Source of the DNA: Yuukianura sp. NJ FZ-2021
Taxonomy: Eukaryota
Assembly (NCBI GenBank): GCA_046563655.1
Contig: CM102283.1
Span: 7,564,001-7,628,000 of the forward strand
Reading direction: 5' to 3'
Length of the DNA stretch: 64,000 nucleotides
A program made the position numbers and the translations under genes. The notes under the pieces are model-generated. The model had not been told where the DNA came from, did not search any database, and saw only the letters and a list, made by a program, of their open reading frames with translations. Position 1 is the first letter of the stretch. Each line of letters opens with the position of its first letter. Of this stretch, positions 57,772 to 64,000 are shown one piece after another.

Positions 57772-60700
57772 ATGAAAGTGCCTAATCCCCCTGAACCTTA
57801 TCCAGCATGGTCTGATGCACATCTTGCACTGAAGTACATTAATAAGGTTTGTAGAATTAAGCGATTGTTTGGTTTGATTACAACTAAAATACGGAGTACT
57901 ACGTGAGCGGAGAGCTTCAGATTAAGCAAATTTTTATTTTATTTTTTTGTTTACTTTGCAGGGGAAGGCTCGTGGATCCCGAACGGGACTTTCGGTCCGA
58001 GGAGAATCGCAGAAACGTCTGGGACAAGTAGGATCTGGAGTACGAGCTAGAAGATGGCTGTTCGTTATCGTAGGAATCGTTTCATTAGGCATCCTATGTA
58101 TTTTTACGCAGAAGATTAAGCTTGATACAACATTGGACTCTCTATGGACACCAGGTATTGATTACTTTTGATTTGTGTTTTCCTGTGGAGAGTACGACTA
58201 ATTCTCTGATTTTTGTAGATTCTGGAAGACTTCAGCAAGAGTTGATGTACGTTTCAAAAGCTACGGGTTTCTCCAACGACACTAATGAAATACTAATTCA
58301 GACACCAAAGAAAGATGGCCATAGATCAATTCTCACTGCGAAAGCCTTGTTGGAACACTTGGAAGTTCTTCAGAAGGCCGTCGGAGTCACAGTTGACAAA
58401 TATGATCTGTAAGTTACGTTTCATTTTGGTGAACAATGCAATAATGAAAATTAAGTTGACTTTTGCTATGCTCGTAGGACATGGAGATTGAAAGATATTT
58501 GCTATGCTCCAAATATTCCTACTTTTGATATCCAGTTCATCGACGAGATTTTTGAGAAGATTTACCCATGCGGCTTTATTACGCCGTTGGACTGCTTTTG
58601 GGAAGGTGCTAAACTCCTCGGGCCAGACTTTCCAGTTCAAGTCCCTGGATTCCGTGGCATCAAGTGGACTAACCTAAATCCCGAAGAACTGCTAAGGATG
58701 AGCAGAATGTTAGTAAGACAAGGGAGCATCAACGTTCAAGGATTTCCATTTGAAACGCTGGAAGGATTCATGAAACGTTCGGGAATTGGGAGTGGATATC
58801 AAGAAAAGCCATGCTTGAATCCTCTCGATCCAGAGTGCCCAGCAACAGCACCAAATAAGGGATCCACGACACCTCCCGATGTGGCTTCAATTCTGGCTCG
58901 TGGTTGTTATGGTTTCGCTCCACGGTTCATGCACTGGGCTCCAGATCTTATCATTGGAGGTCAAGTGCGTAATAAGTCCGGAAATCTTATCAAGTATGAT
59001 CAAATTATTTTTCGACATCCATGTTGCCAGTATTTTTTTAAAAAAGGAAGTTGAACAATATTATTCTGTTTTTAGAGCTGGCGGTCTTATGTCAACGGTG
59101 CAACTAATGTCATATTCAGAACTTTTTGAATATGCCAAAGGCACTTGGCGGCTAAATGGACTGCAAGATTGGACTGTTGAGAAGGCCCGAGATGTGTTGG
59201 ATGCTTGGCAAACTAGATTTGCCGAGGAAGTGACTCGACTGACTTTGGATGTTGACGAAAGAAGTAACCAGTTCAACTTTTATTCGTTTACGGCTGCTGG
59301 ATTAGACCGAGTTGTAGAAAGTGCTTCGCAGTTTTCTTGGTTCTGGGGTGGAATTCGTGTTACAGGTGATTCAGAAACTGAAAAATACGAAAACTGTTAA
59401 ATATCTTTTGAATTTCCTAACTTGGCAACTTTTCATTTCATAGGTGTCGCTCTAACTACGAGTTTAGTTGGAGTCTCACTCAGCGGAGACTACAAAGAAT
59501 GGAAAACACGTTTTGGTCTTCTCTTCGGCGGCTCCATTGTTTCGTTTCTTGGGACCGTAGCCGGTTGCGGACTATGTGGTTTAGCCGGAATTCCGTTCAA
59601 TGTTGCCACCGGTAAATCTCTTAAAAGCTTTGATTTTTAATGTCTTCATCCTCAAAAATGCTCATAACAAGGAAATAATAGTCTCTCGTGGTGATCCCTC
59701 ATTAAATGTGAATTACAAAAGGCATAACCGGTTTTACCCGCAACAAAACCAAGCTTCAACCAGAGAGTCTCTCTTTCATCCAATAAGCAAACGATATCTT
59801 ACATTGTAATATTTAACAACCAAAATATTTCTTTTTGTTTTCTTTACAGTTCAAGTACTTCCGTATCTGGTAATCTCCATTGGGTCTCAAGTCTCCTTTC
59901 TACTTCTTTTCTCACAATTAAATGGAGGATGTGACGTGAAGGCGACGTTGAAACGGCATGGGTTCTCAATTGTTTTGGGAGTTCTCACGATTGCAGTTTT
60001 TGTTGGAGCTGGTGGATTGTTTGCAATTCCGGCCGTCCGATCACTAGCTTTAGAAGTGAGTTTTTTTCCCTTCATTTTATATAATTTATGGCAGGAAAAT
60101 GCAAGTTTTTTTTATTATAATTTATTTCCTTCAGGGTGCCATTTTGATAATGGTGAGTTCCTTGGCGTTGCTGCTGATTTTTCCAGCGATTTGTGAAATA
60201 GCGTTAAATGGAAAGAGAAGATCAAGCAACTCTACGCCACAAGTATCAAATAATATTCCGTTCGCTGGATTGACAACCAATAAGACTACTCCTGTTCCAC
60301 TTTATCCATTGAACAACAATCTATCAGCTAGGAGAGACGATGGAGAGGTTGAGGCTGGAAAGACTGAAGAATCGGAGAAAACGAACAGACCGAAAACGTG
60401 GATCGACGTTTACTTTTGGATCTTGAGCTCAAAATGGTTTACGGTAAGTAAAATATTGTATTGTAATTAGTCAAATTCTCAAAGGCAGGACTTTACTGAA
60501 ATCTCTTTGTTTATGTAGAGCATAGTCTTCATCCTCTACTTGTTATGGCTGGCATTTTCGGGACTCGGAGTGCTCCATCTTCGTCTTGGACTGCCAATCA
60601 CGGATGTCGTTCCTTCAAATTCTTCAGAATGGGCGTTTCTTACGGCGCAGACGGACCTGTTCCCGGTCTATCACATTCGAGCAGTCACGAAAGCCAATTT

Positions 60701-62908
60701 CGATTACCCAAATAACCAAAAGTGAGTTAATGACAGGCCGGTCTTCTTTATGAATTAGACTCTAATTTATATTTTTGTTACAGGTTGTTACATAAGTTCC
60801 ATGAGACGATGAGCTCTCTCGGTTGGATAATTGGAGACGACAATGGCGGGAAACCACCAATGTGGCTTTCAGTATTCCGCCAATGGCTTGTGAGGTTGCA
60901 GCGAATCTTTGACGAAGAATGGAAGCAAGGTTTTCTGGAAAGAGAAGGTTGGACAGCCAATGCCAGCGCTGATGGAATCCTAGCTTGGAAACTGGCTGTA
61001 CAGACAGGACATGCGGATCATCCTGTAGATGTTACGCAAGTTCCGAGTAACCGATTGGTCGATAACGAAGGCATCATAAATCCCCGTGCATTTTATGTGT
61101 ACTTGTCTGCTTGGGCGTGGAACGATCCTTTGGCTTATGGTTCCACAGCGGCTAACTTGAGGCCAGAACCGAAGAATTGGATTCATTTACCGGATGACAA
61201 GGAACTGAAAATTGCCAAATCGTATCCAATCAAGTATGCGGAGATTTCTTACACTCTGAAGACTACAAGAGATGACGATGCGGGTAGTACTGGTAAGAAG
61301 CAATAATTTCGGAATGAAAACTTGGAATACAAAAACGTTTTTCTTACGAAGTTTCGTTTTCTATTTTCAGAAGCACAAATACTTACTTTTGTCAGAGAGA
61401 TTCGCAAAATCTGCTCGTCGTTTGAAGCAAGAGGACTTCCAGTATTTCCGTGGGGAACGCCATTTCGTTACTATGAGCAGTACCTCGACTTACCCCTTGA
61501 CTCTGGCGTCGTGGTTGGAGTAGCCACTGGAATGATTCTCGTCATGTTGTTCTTCTCACTTGGATTTTCTCTAAGACCAGTCGGAGTAGTGGCAGCAGTC
61601 GTGGTAGTAACGATGCTTGAAATTGTTGGAACGATTGGGTGGCTCGGCATTGGGCTCAATTCACTTCCGGTGGAAATTGCACTTTTCGGAGTCAGTTTCG
61701 TTGTGTTCTCAACAATTCAATACGTCGTGGTAAGACTAAAAACGTTAAGATTTACTCTTGAAATTTTGAAGGCTTGAGAACATTTTTAATTTTTAATCGT
61801 TTTTTGTTTGTTTATGCAGGCTTTCTGCTGCGTTCCAGGAAAAGTTGAAACACGAAGATGTCTTGCGTTCTCGCTTATCGGACCTCCTTGTGTTCAGTCT
61901 CTTCTGTCGATATCCCTGACAGCTTTAATCCTTTACTCTCCAGACTTCATCTTCATCTTTACACATTTCACATTACTGATCTCCATCTCAGCTCTAATTG
62001 CAGTGGTCAACTTCCTGTTCCTCGTTCCACTGCTGTTCAAGATTTTTAAACCCAAATGTTGGTTGACCGGGACAAGTACGGAAGATCCAGCAATTTTGAT
62101 CCCGCTTACCCCTTCACCTCCACCAAAGAAGTCAAGCTCCAGACTGAGCAGTAGAAACGGATCTTCCGGGAGGTCGAGCAGTAGAAATTCGAGAAGTAAC
62201 AGCTACCATCAACCTCCGCCGTACTCTGCAAGAGGTTCCAGTTCCTCAAGGTCGGCTGGTTACAGTAGGAACTGTACACATAATCGGGCTCCAAGTGAAA
62301 ACAGTCTGTCTACCATCACTGAAGAGCCAACTTCGTGTGCTACGAGAAGGTACGTTGACATTGACAAAGCTTTGATTTCTATGCTGGTGCTTGCTTATCT
62401 TTTACTACTGTTGACTTCAAGACGAGTGCTGTCTGTACCTGGCTAACTAAAAGTGCTGGAGTGACCAATGGTGTGGTGTGTTTCATGGACATTGCTGGTG
62501 ACATGCTTCTTTCTCTTTCGCTTTTGCTGTATTCCTGTGCACATTGACCATGAGAATTAACAGTGTTTTGTTTGTTTTTTACACAGAAGTTCTGAAATAG
62601 TCGTTCAACCGCAAGTAGTCGTTGAAACTTTCGGCGGAAACGGAGACAACGGCTCCATGACAAAGACTAAAGTCTCGGCTAAGCTAAAAGTCGAAGTTCA
62701 CTCTTCGTTACATAGCAATCCTCAGTCAAGCCTGCATTTGTAAGTGAATAATCTTTTAACATAAATTATTTGGAGTGTACAGGAATAAACATCTTATGTA
62801 ATCTATTGCTATAATTACAGAAGTGAAAATTCAGGCACCTCCGCCTCAACGTCAAGTTCCAGTTCAAATTCTTCATCGCCTTCTTCCTCAACGTCTTCCT
62901 ACGAATGA
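57772..62908 (+). CDS. ptc: Patched family Hedgehog receptor, multi-exon (~14 exons), with divergent transmembrane core
   Basis: N-term WSDAHLALKYINK|GKARG; ILIQTPK; WRLKDICYAP; ITPLDCFWEGAKLLGP; GYQEKPCLNPLDPECPATAPNK; NFDYPNNQ; ASADGILAWKLAVQTG; GIINPRAFYVYLSAW; GTPFRYYEQYLDL; C-tail PPPY, LSTITEEP, VQPQVVVET. Confidence 0.92.
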
Positions 62909-64000
62909 ACTAACCAAACGTTGTTACAAGTTCCCCTGTTAGCAAAATCACAAATTATAGATGGTCCAGTTTTATTCAGAAAGGATCAGAAGTCAAGACT
63001 TTTAATATTTACATTAGTAGACTAATCACTGAACAATTAATGTCATATTTAAATACCAGTTCCCATGTACCCGGGTATTCCACGGGTTATTGTCCATATT
63101 TTAGCACTCTGTCCAGAAATGTCTTTTTGTCAACGACCATTGACCATATAAGGTGTTAATGAGTGCCTGCTAGCTTTATCCTCATGAATTGAAGTTAACC
63201 CTACAGTAATTAATTGTACAAAACACTAACATAACATCCTACCATGTTACAGACTGACTCAAACCCGTCCGGAATCAACTAATATTTGGGACCAAGTTCA
63301 GCACAAGATGAAAATCTGAATTTAATTCGGGACGACGACAAGGAATGTGTTCATAAAAACAATAATTGTCTTGTTAATTTAAAGTGTGAAAACACATTTA
63401 CTAATTAAGTAGAGCTAGTCTGAGGGACGATAATTTTTGTAATCGTGTGATTCCAATTACTAAACAACTTAAAATGCCTTTATGAAACTAACTTGCCAAT
63501 GGAGAGTAATAACTGGAACAAAATGGTATTATACACTTCGTGTTTAAGTGGTTGCTAATTTTAATGTAGAAAACAAGAAATGATATTATCAACCATGCAG
63601 TAGCCTCACTAGTATTACTAATATTTGTTTTTTAGGCAAAATTTAATCCAAGGATGGTTAAGTTGTTAATCGGGATTAACTTTGGCTTAACTGAAGCCGC
63701 GTTTTGCTATTGCCCCCACACAGTATCAAATAAAATGGAAATGAAGCTTGCCTCGCCTATAACTTGAGACAGGAAAATGTAACACTTTATTACTTTCAAA
63801 GGTCAACGTTCAAATGATTCCATTTGTGTGCTTAAGGCATTAAAATTAGCAAATTGATAATTGATGTGTGCAAATGGTAAGTTCAAGCAATTTTTCCTAA
63901 TATACATAGAGTATTTGTGGAAGGTCAGACGACAAGGGACAGTGAATAAAATTATTATTGCAAAAATTTATGTAACTAGTAAATAAGTGGATGATTTTAA

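Overview
AT-rich eukaryotic (animal) DNA with short GT-AG introns, mostly about 55-110 bp. The gene content suggests an arthropod, plausibly a springtail; this is inference, not verified. Left to right: the first exon of a secreted-protein gene running off the left edge; a DNAL4-like axonemal dynein light chain; a tandem array of seven 5-exon secreted JHBP/takeout(TULIP)-like genes, several with GPI-like tails, interrupted by a 44-bp minisatellite; a peptide-type class A GPCR; an RDH12/13-like SDR; a ~6.5 kb decayed mobile region with a Polinton/Maverick-type protein-primed DNA polymerase pseudogene that carries spliceosomal introns; four bacillopeptidase-F-like S8 subtilase copies (one truncated, one hosting a nested 6-Cys secreted-protein gene); an ANKRD33B-like gene whose 6.4-kb intron holds two RING-finger genes flanking an intronless microbial-type class I terpene synthase; ~11.7 kb of non-coding DNA with consensus Ci/Gli sites; and a divergent patched gene that lacks the acidic RND-transporter motifs in TM4 and TM10. 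Several MITE/hAT elements are also present. All family assignments come from motif recognition by eye; no searches were run.
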